64,000 bases of DNA from Azolla caroliniana (Eukaryota > Plantae > Polypodiophyta): contig JBHGNT010000011.1 of NCBI GenBank assembly GCA_043228905.1, positions 14,074,001 through 14,138,000 of the forward strand, given 5' to 3'. The notes beneath the pieces were generated by a model that saw nothing but the letters and a program-made list of their open reading frames with translations, had not been told where the DNA came from and did no database searches. This document shows, piece after piece, positions 47,701 to 60,507 of the stretch. Position numbers and translations under genes: made by a program. Position 1 is the stretch's first letter; each line of letters begins with the position of its first letter.

Positions 47701-48667
47701 GGCGATTGGGTGTTGGTGTACGATAATAGCCTCGATAATCAACACAAGGCGGTGTGTAAGTTTGCGAGGAGATGGTTTGGTCCCTACACGGTGACAAGCG
47801 CGAACGACAACGACACGTATTATCTCGCGGAGCTCGATGGGACGCAGATAGCAGTACCGGTGGCCGGGAAGAGGGTCAAGATGTTCAAGAAGCGGCACAA
47901 GGACGAACCGGACCCGGTGAGCGATGACGGCGGTGATACCCGAAACAGGGAATGCGGGGGTTCGGAAAACGACGAGTGATCTAGGCCCGGTTTCCGCCAA
48001 GGTTGTTCCTACCTGGCACGTACCTACGGACGTGCGGTTTGCTGGGGGTGGATGTCATGGAGAAAACCGCCCCTAGGAGGAATCAAGGAAAGGGGGCATG
48101 ACCCAATCGTTTTTGTGTGTGTGTGTGTGTGTGTGTGTTTATGAATTGTACATAGCTAGGAATAGACCGGTTTATATGCATATGTACTAGAAAGGGTGTT
48201 AATTATCTAGGGAATCGATGCGTATCTCTGTCCGAAAGGACAGAGACTAAATTTGATGTAACGGCCTCCTCGGCGACCTATAAAAGGAAGGGGAGAAGAA
48301 GAAGATAATATCGCGTTTTTGGGAGGATGAAGTGTTGTCAAACTAGGAACCAACCTCTCTCCTCCTCAACCATTGCTCTCCACTACGTTTCTGTGCCGGT
48401 TGCCTCTGCTGCGTGTAAGCCTGTGTGCTTCCAACAGAGTCTCCTCCGTGCGTTCTCTGTGTCGTCCGTGTGTGTGTGTGGGACCTCCGTTTTGGGTCTA
48501 TTGTCGGCTTGCTAGTTGTAATCGTTGTTGACATTGTAATTGAATCCTCCATTCCCTTCTCTCTCTGTGTTTCTATGAATCGCTCTCCCTCTTCTTTCTC
48601 GCGCTCCTTGATTCAGGGCCCCCACGGTCCCGCCTCATTTCACACGTGAGAGCGTAACAACACGACA
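41775..48667 (+). mobile_element. Full-length degenerate Gypsy element D (LTRs 41775-42378, 48053-48667)
   Basis: TSD CCGC/CCAC; PBS at 42384; gag-PR 42425-44539 and pol 44530-47979 with frameshifts; visibly diverged LTRs. Confidence 0.95.
42425..47979 (+). pseudogene. gag-PR / RT-RH-INT of element D
   Basis: ORF fragments 42419-43273, 43658-44539, 44647-45024, 45003-46847, 46828-47979 are homologous to element A. Confidence 0.92.
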
Positions 48668-51600
48668 CCACGGGGGTCTTGGACTAGGGAGACGGATGGT
48701 AGAGTCCTTAAGGTTTGTGGGCTTCAATCCGGAATCGGCTTCTGGTTCCAACGAATGTAGCGTTTCACAAACGGTTCACCGCAACTATGGAACCGACTCA
48801 AATATGTTACAAGGAAGGTAGATATACACTAACATGAATATATATTACAAGAGTTTTACAACAAGACGGTTACATGCCTCAAATCCGGTGGCTATTACAT
48901 ATCAATAGGCTAATACAACAAGCTAAGAGTGGGAACTGGCGAAGGCGAGTCAAGTGGGCCATTGGGACCACAACTTCCACCGTTGGTCACGCCCCGAAGA
49001 CGGTGGAGTGCTCCTGTTGTCGCGTTATTACGCGCGTACGTGTGGAAAGGGGCGGGACCACGGGGGTCTTTGACCGAGGAGCGAGAGAGACAGAGACAGA
49101 GAGAGATTCACCGACACGAAAAGCGAGAAGGAAAGAGATAGAATCGTAACACTTAATTATAATGACAAGATATTACAATCCCTGACAGTTACAACCGACG
49201 TGGCGGCGACGGACCCGACACGGGGACCCTACTCACGCACACCGACGACAGTCAACCACCTCCAAGAAACAAAGGGAAAAGGGAGCGACTCTGCTGGAAG
49301 CACACGGGCTTTCCACGAAGTAGAGGCAGCACACTCCCATAGGCCGCGACGGACCCACAGTGAACGACGGCTCGAGGAGTAGAGAGAGAGCTCGGCTTCC
49401 CTTCTGCAGCAGCCCCTTCCCTTCTCCCTCGCGTGCGATATCACTCTTTTCTTTCTCCTCTTGCCTTTTATCCCCTGTCCCCCTTTGGGATACGCACAAT
49501 CCCCTCTAATAAATGCGTGTGGCTTAGTAGTCACATCCACCGGTTCACGTACAAAGCATCCAGTCATGCGTCCATTCGTGTAGGGGCCGGTTTACGCGCT
49601 TTCTCTCCAATTCCGCCTATGGACGGTTTTCTTCACGACATCCGCCCCCACCAAACCGCACATCCACCGATATGCGCCAGAGACGGCTAGACATCGAAGA
49701 AACCCGGCCTCACTCGTTGCTCTCCGTTTCTCCGCCGGACCCGAACCCAGGCTCCGACTCGTCTTTGAACCGCTTTTTGAAAGCTTTGATTCACTTTCCG
49801 GCCACCGGCATCGCTAACCGTGTCCCGTCGAGCTCCGCGAGGTGATACATGTCGTGGTCGTTCACCTCGTCACCATGTAGGGCCCGAACCATCTCCTAGC
49901 AAACTTTCGCACCGCCTTGTGCTGATTGTCGAGGCTGCTGTCGTATACCAAGACCCAGTCGCCTTCCTCGATCTTCTTTGGTCGCAACCGGTGCGACAGG
50001 TTGAACCAGGTCTTGTTACGCTCCCTCACCGCTCGCAGCTTTCCCTTCGCATGTATCACGTCCTCCGGCCTCCGCTCGAGTTGCCGAATCCGCGCCGCCA
50101 GCAACTCCTCCCGGCTCATTTCGTCCTTCCAATCTACCGCCGCCCACGAAGAGACCGTCCGTTCCACCGGCATGATCGGTTTTTGTCCGTACATTAGCTC
50201 GCCGGCATAAACCCTGTCACCAAACTGTGCGTAGTCCGGTCCGCCCATAGCGCGTAAAGAAGGAGTCGCGGCCAATTCCCGACCTGCCCACCGCCTGCAC
50301 GCACCAACGCCTTTACAATTGGTCTGTGCCCACATTCCACCTTTCCGTTCTCCTCCGGATTGTACGCCGTGGTGAGGGAGAGTTTGACGCCCAGCCGGTT
50401 GAATAGCTCCTCGGCCTCCCGCGCATCCAGCTCTCCCCGATTCGCCACGATCCTCCCAACGCACCCGTACCAACACACTACTTCTTCGATCAGGAACCGG
50501 CATACCGCCGCAGTTGTCTTGCTTTGCAGTGCACGGCCTTCCACCTGGTTTATTAAGTCTTCCCGTGCAAGCACCAGGTATCGCATCTGTCCTACCCCCA
50601 TCGGCATCGTCACCAAATCCACCATCCACTTGAAATGGACCGTAGGCGGGTAGGTCGGGTGTAGCTCGTCCCGGTGTCGGACTACGGAGTGCATCTGACA
50701 GCTCTCGCAAGTCGTTACGAACCGATGCACGTCCTGCTACAGCCCCGACCACCAGTACTTCTCCTTCAGCTTCTCGAAAGTGGCCCACGTTCCGCGGTGT
50801 CCAGCCCAGGGGCTCTCGTGAAATGCCGTCAGTAGTTTCCCCTATTCTTCTTTCTTTGCCATTACTCAGAGTGGAATGCCGCTTCTCTTCTTTGGGTGCC
50901 TCCATATGCACCCGTCCCGCAGGAAGAATCGGTACGCCTTCGTCCGTATCCGGCTCGCCTCCTCTCTCGCCCATGTTGCGTCCCGCGTCATCGTCCGTAG
51001 GAACCTCCTGATTTGGAGCCACTCCTCGTCATACCTGCTTTCGTCAAATTCGTTAAGCACTGGAGTGTTCCCTTTCCTCATCGTTACATTAGCCAACCCG
51101 AAGAAGTCCTCGCCGACTTCTTCGTCTTCCGAAACCATGTCGTCTTCATCATTGAACCTTGCCCTCGAAAGCATGTCGGCCATGGCGTTGTCCTTTCCAG
51201 AGATGTGTCGTATCTCCGGGTTCAGGGACTTAATGTACGCTATCCACCGGAACATTGCTAGGTCCGGCGTCGCGCATCCGGAAACCATACCGAGTATCGG
51301 CAGGCAGTCCGTCTCGATAATCACCTCTGTCCTGATCAAATAATCCTTGTCGGCCTTGACCGCCGAAACGACACCCCAAAGTTCGCGCTTAACTTGGGCG
51401 TACCCTCGCTACCGCTCGCTCAATACCTTCGCCCCGAACCGGATTGGGAATTGTGCGCCGCCCTTGTCCTCCTGATTGATTACCCACCCGATCCCAGTCG
51501 AGTTGGTGTCCACTGTTACGCAAATGGGAACATCCTTGCCGTAAACCGCTTTACGGAGAGCCGGCGCTGCCATAAGCGCCTCCTTTAGTCTCTGAACCGA

Positions 51601-53455
51601 CTCCGTGTGCTCCGTCCTCCACTCAAAGCTACGCCCCTTTTTTAATAGTCCGTAGAGGGGTTCCGGGACATGTGCGTAGTGCGGGATCCAGATGTGGTAG
51701 AATGCGCATGCCCCCAAGAATCTGCAGACCTCCGTGACCGACCCGCAAACGTTCCTCATCGCGGAGATGGCCTCTACCTTTGCCGGAGACGGTTTCCTAC
51801 CGTAAGGCCCGCAAAGGTGTCCGACCACCAAGATCTCCAACTGTCCGAAGGCCGACTTTTCCCCGGAGAAGGTGAGCCTCGCGCGCTCTAGTCTCTGCAG
51901 CACCTTCTCGCAGTCATCGATGTGGGACGCCACGAAATTCCGACATCCGTCCGGCCCGATTGCCTCGTCCCTTTTCTCCACCGGGCATCCCTTGATTGGA
52001 ATGTCGTCTAAGAATGGCATGGTGATGTTCAGTATACAATCCTTGAGCACTTTTTCCATCGCGTTCACCATGTGAGCCACTGAGTTTGTCCCTCCTTGTG
52101 GCAGGGTACACATCCGCACCAGGCCGAGAGGAGTCTGCATCGTCGTAATGTCTCTGCTCTCCACAGCTAGTTGGAACTGATCGTACCCCGAGTACAGATC
52201 ACCGACAGAATAGATCGACCTTCCACCAAAGGCCTCCGCGAACTCGTCTATGGTCGGTCCGATCCCTGCGTTACGGATGGTCACCTTGTTGACCGGTTGT
52301 AGGTCCTGGATGAAGCGCAGCGTGCCGTTCTTCTTCGGCACCGTAAACCACCGATTCAAATACGGGGCACTCGACGGTTCGAGGATGCCCATCTCCACCT
52401 TTTGCTTTAGGAGCTCCATCAACTTCGGGATGTGAGCTCTCGGCATCGGAATCGGCTTGAGATTCCACGGTACATGCGGTACCGTGAAGATCACCATCGG
52501 TTCGACAACTGTCGGGTCTACACACCCGATCTCCTCCGGTGAGAATGCGAAAGCCTTCCCGTGCCTCCCGAGCATTCTCCGAAACCGGTTCTCCTCCACC
52601 GGCAGTAGGAAGCCGCCCCCACCGACCTTGAGCTCCCGTAGCGTTATGTCGGTGAACCGGTGCCCTATGCCAGCCGGATTTCGTAAACTTGGGTCCGACA
52701 CGACCCCCTTTATCCGCTCCTCGCTGCCCTCCGGCAAGGGTGCCGCGATTGGCCTCACCTTCCGGTCCACAGTCTTGTATTTTGTATCCACACGGGCCGT
52801 CCGATCCGACCCGATCCTTTCCCCGAAGTCTGCGATGACTTCGTACATTCCTATTGACCCCACCGGAACGGTCCGGTCTTCTCTAAGGTCTTCACCGATC
52901 ACCTTTCGTAGTTCGCCCAAGGTGTCGTCAAAAGAGACCGCCTCCACGGCGCCACTGATGCCCTCATCGGGGAAGAGGACTCCGCATCCCCTGAGCCGCT
53001 CCTCCGCTCGCTTCCTCTCCCTGACGCTGACGCTGGTTATAGTACAACCTCCGTTGTCGGACAACCAAAATTTCCTACCTATGGTACAGGTCTTCTTCCG
53101 TACTGTACATTTGTGGGGTTCTTCCCGAGTGTCCAGACTATCGCGGCCCCACGCCTTGACAGCCCTCTCTAAAAATCCCCTCGGGTTTCGCTGCCGAGGG
53201 CCTCGCGGTTACACTCGTGGTTTGGTCGCACCGTTAGGAACTGGACCGAGTGACGCCCGTCCTGGCTCTTGACTCTTGGATAGGCTAAACTGTTGTCCAG
53301 CACCTTGGTCTCCATCCGTGCCACCGTGATATATGGTTCTCCCAGTATAACCGGATGCGAGGACGTCTCCTGCACGAAGAAATGTTGGTCGATCTCGACA
53401 TCGCCGATTTTCACCCATACGTTCGGACAGGCCCCATGTAGTTCTTCCGTGGCGC

Positions 53456-56400
53456 TGTCGTGAAGAAAACCGTCCCTTGGCGCAATCCGTGCATAGCGCG
53501 CGTGAACCAGCTCTTCACGTGTGCGCGCCCTTAATGTATATAATAGGGAATTAAGTACAAAGGCATATCCGAGTAGTTAGATTCGGTAGGTAGGAAGTAA
53601 ATGAGGGAGACGGCTCCCTTCTTGAAACTATAAAGGAGAGGGAGACGCAGGGAGAAGGCATCGCGCATTAAGGAGGACGAAGTGCTATCAGACCGGAACC
53701 GAACGCTTCTCCTCAGATTCGTTCTCCATCACTCTTCTCTGCAGGGTTTTCGAGAGGTTCGCGCTGCTTCGAGGAACGCCTGTGTGCTTCCGGTAGCACC
53801 TCCACCCTTTCCCCCTTTTCGTGCGTAGACGAACAGGCATCGGCATCTGTTCGCCGGCCTATTCGGTTGTAACCGCTCGCGTGCTCTGTTTTGTATTTGT
53901 TATTTGTTAATATACAGACACTGATGTATCCTTGTCTCTGTGTCCATTCGCGTCTTCTGCGTTGACGGGCCGTGCCCCTGTGTTTCTTTGCTCATACGTG
54001 ACAGGGTCTCTCTCTCCTTCTCTTTCCCCTTCTATCACCTGCTCTTCGGTTCAAGACCCCGGTGGTCCCGCCTCGTTTCTCCACGCACGCGCGTAGTAAC
54101 GGGACATCTTTGGTGAACCCGACGTGAAACAAGCGGCAGAGGAGCAGAAGATGAGGGGGTCGGATCTTGCAGAGGCCATGGCTTCGGCCGTGGACCGGAT
54201 AGTGAGCGCGCGCGAGGGCACCTGCGCCCTTGACAGGGCTACTGAGGCGATCATCGGTATGATCGGCCGGTTCAGTGGAAAGGATGCCACGAGTTATTTT
54301 GCGTCCTACCGGGCGGAGATGTTGATGAGGGATATTCCGGAAGAGAGGCGTCTTGCCGGATTCCCTCGAGTGGCAATGCCGGGCATCCATGCGGAGGTGC
54401 TCGAGGTCCGGGCGGAGAGCCGGACCTGGGAGGAGTTCGAAGGACGGCTCCTGGAGAAATACGGGTTGGATGACGCGCTTCGACTTTCGAAGCGGAGCTT
54501 CATGGAGTGGGTGGAGTCCCCCAACAAAGGAAGAAATGCGTCGGTACTCCTCCGGGAGTTTGAGGAACGCTTTGCGCACCTTTCGGCGCTCGATCGGACC
54601 ATTCTGGACACAAGTCGTGTCCTGCTATTTGTCAAATCGGTTGACGCACAGGATCGGGGGCAAGTTGGCTCCTTACTGGAAACCGAATACGGGCTAACGG
54701 CCGACTAGGCCGCGGTAAAAAGAGTCTGCGGCCGTTTTGACAAGCAGTGGGAGTGGGCTCATACAGAGGCGACCGGGGCGGGACCTGTCGCAGCAAGGAA
54801 GCTCGAATCGATACCGCAAGCGCGAAGGGAAGAGACCCGGGAGTGGCTCGAGATTGGTTCGGCTTCGACCGGCGTGATCAGAGGCTCGTCCGGGGGAACA
54901 GCTCTGGAGGAGTTGACGCGAGTGGTAAAGGATATCCAGATCGCCCAGGCTCGAAGGGAAGGTGGCGATCAGGCTCGTGACCGACGGCCTCCGGCAGGAA
55001 GTAGGTGCATGTGGTGCGACGAGGTCGGCCACATCCGGAAAGACTGCAGGGACTTTATGGAGGCTTTGAGGAGCCGGGTAGTGTACCTGTGGGAAGGTCG
55101 GGTGCACGCCAGCGATACCCGGAGGGCCCTGAACCGAAACAACGGGCGAAGAGGAATGAAAAGGCTGATGGAAGAGGCGGCAGCCCGGCACGCGGAGACC
55201 GTCCACTACTCGGCGTCAGCCGGTATTCGGGTCGGAGGCAGCGAGGCCCGGAAGGAGAGCAAAGCCGAGTTCCGGCCGACGGTGCTGGAAGGCCTCGCCG
55301 GTGCTCGACTAAAGAGAGACGAGGCGGACCGCGCGGAGAAGCGGGTCCAGGAGGTAACCGGGTGGAGTGACCCGGTCGAAGAAAAGACGGGTTTCGTCGA
55401 AGCAGCTTGCTAGAACTACGTGGCTCTGGTTGAAGACAAACGGTTAGGTAAAACCGGAGGGGCCGGACCCTCACAGAGATACGGGTAGGTAAAACCGGAG
55501 GGGCCGAAACGGAACGAGGCCGGTGAGTCCAGTGCCCGGGATAAACACAAGAAGGGCAGGTACCGTTTGGGCACGGAGATCGAAAGGACCACGGACCTAC
55601 GAAAGGTCCTGGAAGAACGAATCCTCGACAGCAAAGTGGAACTGTTGTTGCGGGAGGTGCTCGGAATCGCCAAGAAGGAGTTCCACGACTCCATCGTGGA
55701 CTTGGCGAAGAGGAAGAGGTTGTCGACGGAGGCAAAACCGGAAAGACCGGTGGAGGTGCGGACGGCGCACATAGAGGACATAGCGCTGGAAGATGAGTGG
55801 GCAGAGAGCCACTATTCGAGGCCACACTGGGCCCGAGCGACCACGGAAACCCCGGTGAAGATCGGAGATGTTCAGGAACCGGTGGTGGCGCTGGTGGACC
55901 ACGGTTCGGAAATAAACCTGATGTCCATGGACTTCTACAAGAAGGGAAAATGGCCGATCAACACTAAGCACGGGTGGAAGATACAGGCGGCGACGCGCGC
56001 CACCGAGGAACTACACGGGGCCTGCCCAAACGTGCGAGTCAAGATCGACGACGTCGAGATAGACCAGCACATCTTTGTGCAGGAGACGTCCTCGCACCCA
56101 CCCGGTCATACTGGGAGAACCGTACATTACGGCAGCACGAATGGAGACCAAGGTGTTGGATAACAGGTCGGCTTATGTGAGGGTCAAGAGTTAGGAAGGG
56201 TGACATTCGGTCCAGTTCCTAACGGTGCGACCGAACCACGAGCGAAACCGTGAGTCCCTCGGTGGCGAGAACCGAGAGGATTTTTAGAGAGGGCTGCCAA
56301 GGCGTGGGGCCGCGACAGTCCGGACACTACGGGAAAACCCCACAAATGTACGATAGAAGCGAAGCCAAAGAAACCTTGTACCATAAGTAGGAAGTTTTGT

Positions 56401-59400
56401 TTCTCCGACAACGGAGGGTGTACGATAGTCGGTGCTGTAGGCCGAGAAAAGACAAGGGCGGAAGAGCGACTTCGGGCGTGTGGAGTTCTCGGGCCCAGCG
56501 AGGAAATCAACGGAGCCGTGGAGGCGGTCTCCTTCGACGATACCTTGGGAATACTGCGAGAGGTGGTCGGAGAGGGCCTTAAAGAGGACCGGATGATACC
56601 GGTTTGTTCAGAAGAAATGTACGAAGTCATCGCGGACTTCAGTCGAGGGCTCGAGTCGGAACGGACGGCCCGGGTTAACACGAAGTACAAGACTGTGGAC
56701 TGGAAGGTAAGGCCAGTCGCGGCACCCTTACCGGAGGGCAGCGAGTTGTGAATCAAGGGGGTCGCGTCGGACCCCAGTTTACGAGATCCGGCCTGCATAG
56801 GACACACCTTCACCGACAGAACGCTACAGGAGCTCAAAATCGGTGGGGGCGGGTTCCTACTGCCGGCGGAAGAAGACCGGTTTCGGAGAATGCTCGGAAG
56901 GCACGGGAAAGCCTTCGCATTCTCACCAGAAGAAATCGGGTGCGTAGACCCGACAGTCGTAAAGCCGATGGTGATATTCACGGTACCGCATGTGCCGTGG
57001 AATCTCAAACCGATTCTGGTACCGAGAGCTCACATCCCGGAGCTGATGGAGCTATTGAGGTAGAAAGTCGATATGGGCATCCTCGAACCGTCGAGTGCCC
57101 CATACTCGAACCGGTGGTTTACCGTACCGAAGAAGAACGGGACGTTGCGCTTCATTCAAGACCTGCAACCGGTCAACAGAGTGACCATTCGGAACGCAGG
57201 AATCGGACCAACGATAGACGAGTTCGCGGAGGCCTTCGCCGGAAGGTCGATCTACTCGGTCGGTGATCTGTACTCGGGGTACGATCAGTTCCAACTAGCT
57301 GTAGAGAGCAGAGACATTACGACGATGCGGACTCCTCTCGGCCTAGTGCGGATGTGCACCCTTCCACAAGGAGGGACGAACTGGGTGGCCCACATGGTGA
57401 ATGCAATGAACAAGGTGCTGAGGGATTGTATCCCGGACATCACCATGCCATTCTTGGACGACATCCCGATCAAGGGATGTCCGGTGGAGGAAAAGGACGA
57501 AACGGTTGGACCAGACGGGTGCCGGAAATTCGTGGCGACACACATTGACGACTGCGAGAGGGTGCTGCAGAGGCTAGAGGACACGAGGCTCACCTTCTCC
57601 GGGGAGAAATCGGCCTTCGGGCAATCAGAGATCATGGTCGTCGAACATCTATGCGGGCCGTATGGCCGGAAACCGTCTCCGGCTAAGGTGGAAGCAATCT
57701 CCTCAATGAAGCCCGACTGTAACTCGGTCACGGAGGTATGGAGGTTTTTGGGAGCATGAGCGTTCTACCACATATGGATCCCGCATTACGCCCACATTGC
57801 CGAGCCGCTATACGGGTTGCTAAAAATGGGGCAAAAATTCGAGTGGCGAGACGAGCATGCGGAGTCGGTCCGAAAGATGAAGGACGCTCTTTCTGCAGCA
57901 CCGGCACTCCGGAAGGCTATCTATGAGAAAGGCACTCCCATCTACATAACGGTAGATACGAGTTCGACCGGGATTGGATGGGTCGTCAACCAAGAAGATG
58001 AGGACGGCATTCGGTTCCCAATTCGGTTCGGCGCAAAGGTCCTCAGCAACCGACAGCGAGGATACGCCCAGGTTAAACGAGAACTCTGGGGTATCGTTTC
58101 GGCGGTGAAGGCCGATAAAGACTATCTGATCGGGACAGAAGTGATTATCGAGACGGACTGTCTGCCGATTCTCGGCATGGTTTCCGGATGCGCAACCCCG
58201 GACCTGGCGATGCTCAGGTGGATAGCGTACATCAAGTCCCTGGATCCGGAAATACGACACATTTCCGGAAAAGACAATGCCATGGCCGACATGCTTTCGA
58301 GGGCGCGATTCAACGACGAGGGCGGCATGATTTCGGAGGACGAGGAAGTCGGCGTAGACTTCTTCGAGGCGGCTTACGTAACAACTGAGGGAGGGAGCAC
58401 TCCGGCGCTTAACGATTTCGACGAGAGCAAGTACAATGGGGAGTGGCTGCAGATTGGAGGCTTCTTAAGGACAATGATGCCAGACGCATCATGGACAAAG
58501 GACGAGGCCAACCGGATCCGGAAGAAAGTGTATCGATTCTTTCTCCGGGATGGATACTTGTGGAAGCACCCGAAGAAGAGAAACGACATCCCGCTCCGAG
58601 TGGTGGCGATGAAGGAGGAACAGGAGGAGCTGTTGAAGGCCTACCACGACAACCCCTAGGCTGGACACCATGGAACGTGGGCCACGTTCGAGAAACTAAA
58701 GGGGAAGTACTGGTGGCCGGGACTGTACCGGGACGTGCATCGGTTCGTGACGACTTGTGAGAGCTGTCAGATGCACTCCATAGTCCGACATCGGGACGAG
58801 CTTCACCCTACATACCCTCCGGCCATCCACTTCAAATGGATGGTAGATTTGGTGACCATGCCGATGGGCGTAGGGCAGATGCGATATCTGGTACTGGCCC
58901 GGGAGGACCTGACGAACCAGGTGGAAGGCCGAGCCCTGCAAAACAAAACGACTGCGGCCGTGTGTCGGTTCCTAATCGAGGACGTGATATGCCGGTACGG
59001 GTGCGTCGGGAAGATCGTGGCTGACCGCGGGGAGTTGGACGCCGAAGAGGCCGAGGATCTGTTCGACCGGTTAGGGGTCAAGCTCTCGCTCACCACAGCG
59101 TACAATCCGGAGGCGAACGGGAAGGTGGAGCGCAGGCACGGGCCAATCGTCAAAGCGCTAGTCCGGGCGTGCGAAGGACAGGTCGGGAACTGGCCATGAC
59201 TGTTAACCTATGCCTTGTGGGCGGACCGGACAACGCACAGTTCGGTAACCGGGTTCATGCCGTCAGAGCTCATGTTTGGACAGAAGCCGATCATGCTGAT
59301 GGATCGGACAATCTCCTCTTGGGCGACAGTAGACTGGAGAGACGAGATGGGTCGGGAAGAACTGCTAGCAGCGCGTATACGGCAGCTCGAGCGGAGGCCA

Positions 59401-60507
59401 GAGGACGTGGAACGAGCGGCGGAGAGACTTCGGACGACGAGGATGAAGAACAAAGCCCGGTTCGACCGAACGCACCGGCTCCAGCCAAAGAAAATCAAGG
59501 AAGGCGACTGGGTGCTAGTCTACGACAGCAGCCTCGACAACCAGCACCGAGCAACGCAGAAGTTTACGAAGCGGTGGTTCGGGCCTTACGTGGTAACGAG
59601 AGCCAACGACAACGGACATATCACCTGGCGGAACTCGACGGTACGAGGATGGCGATGCCGGTAGCAGGGAAGTGGATCAAAGCGTTCAAGAAGCACCACG
59701 ACGACGAACCGGATCTAAGAGGCCTGGACAGCGAAGACGAACAGTCTGAAACGGAGGATGAACCAGTGGACGAAGAAACGGAACCCGAGCCGGTTTTCTC
59801 CAACCAGAACCCAATTTTGGCGCATACCGGTGGATGCACGGTTAGGTGGGGGCGGATGTCGTGAAGAAAACCATCCCTTGGCGCAATCGGTGCATAGCGC
59901 GCGTGAACCAGCTCTTCACGTGTGCGCGCCCTTAATGTATATAATAGGGAATTAAGTACAAAGGCATATCCGAGTAGTTAGATTCGGTAGGTAGGAAGTA
60001 AATGAGGGAGACGGCTCCCTTCTTGAAACTATAAAGGAGAGGGAGACGCAGGGAGAAGGCATCGCGCATTAAGGAGGACGAAGTGCTATCAGACCGGAAC
60101 CGAACGCTTCTCCTCAGATTCGTTCTCCATCACTCTTCTCTGCAGGGTTTTCGGGAGGCTCGCGCTGCTTCGAGGAACGCCCGTGTGCTTCCGGAAGCAC
60201 CTCCACCCTTTCCCCCTTTTCGTGCGCAGAAGAACAGGCATCGGCATCTGTTCGCCGGCCTGTTCGGTTGTAACCGCTCGCGTGCTCTGTTTTGTATTTG
60301 TTATTCGTTAATATACAGACACTAATGTCTCCCTGTCTCTATGTCCATTTGCGTCTTCTGCGTTGACGGGCCGTGCCCCTGTGTTTCTTTGCTCATACGT
60401 GACCGGGTCTCTCTCTCCTTCTCTTTTCCCTTCTATCACCTGCTCTTCGGTTCAAGACCCCGGAGATCCCGCCTCGTTTCTCCACGCACACGCGTAGTAA
60501 CGCGACA
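53456..60507 (+). mobile_element. Full-length degenerate Gypsy element F (LTRs 53456-54106, 59857-60507)
   Basis: 651-bp LTRs with about 20 differences; TSD GCGC/ACGC; PBS at 54111; host frame RAATR|ATEEL rejoins. Confidence 0.95.
54151..59840 (+). pseudogene. gag-PR / RT-RH-INT of element F
   Basis: ORF fragments from 54124-54708 to 59215-59664 are homologous to element A, with many TAG/TGA stops. Confidence 0.92.

Noticed and set aside
55445-55506. 21-bp duplication TAGGTAAAACCGGAGGGGCCG in gag of element F
   Set aside because: Copy-specific repair scar, absent from sisters.
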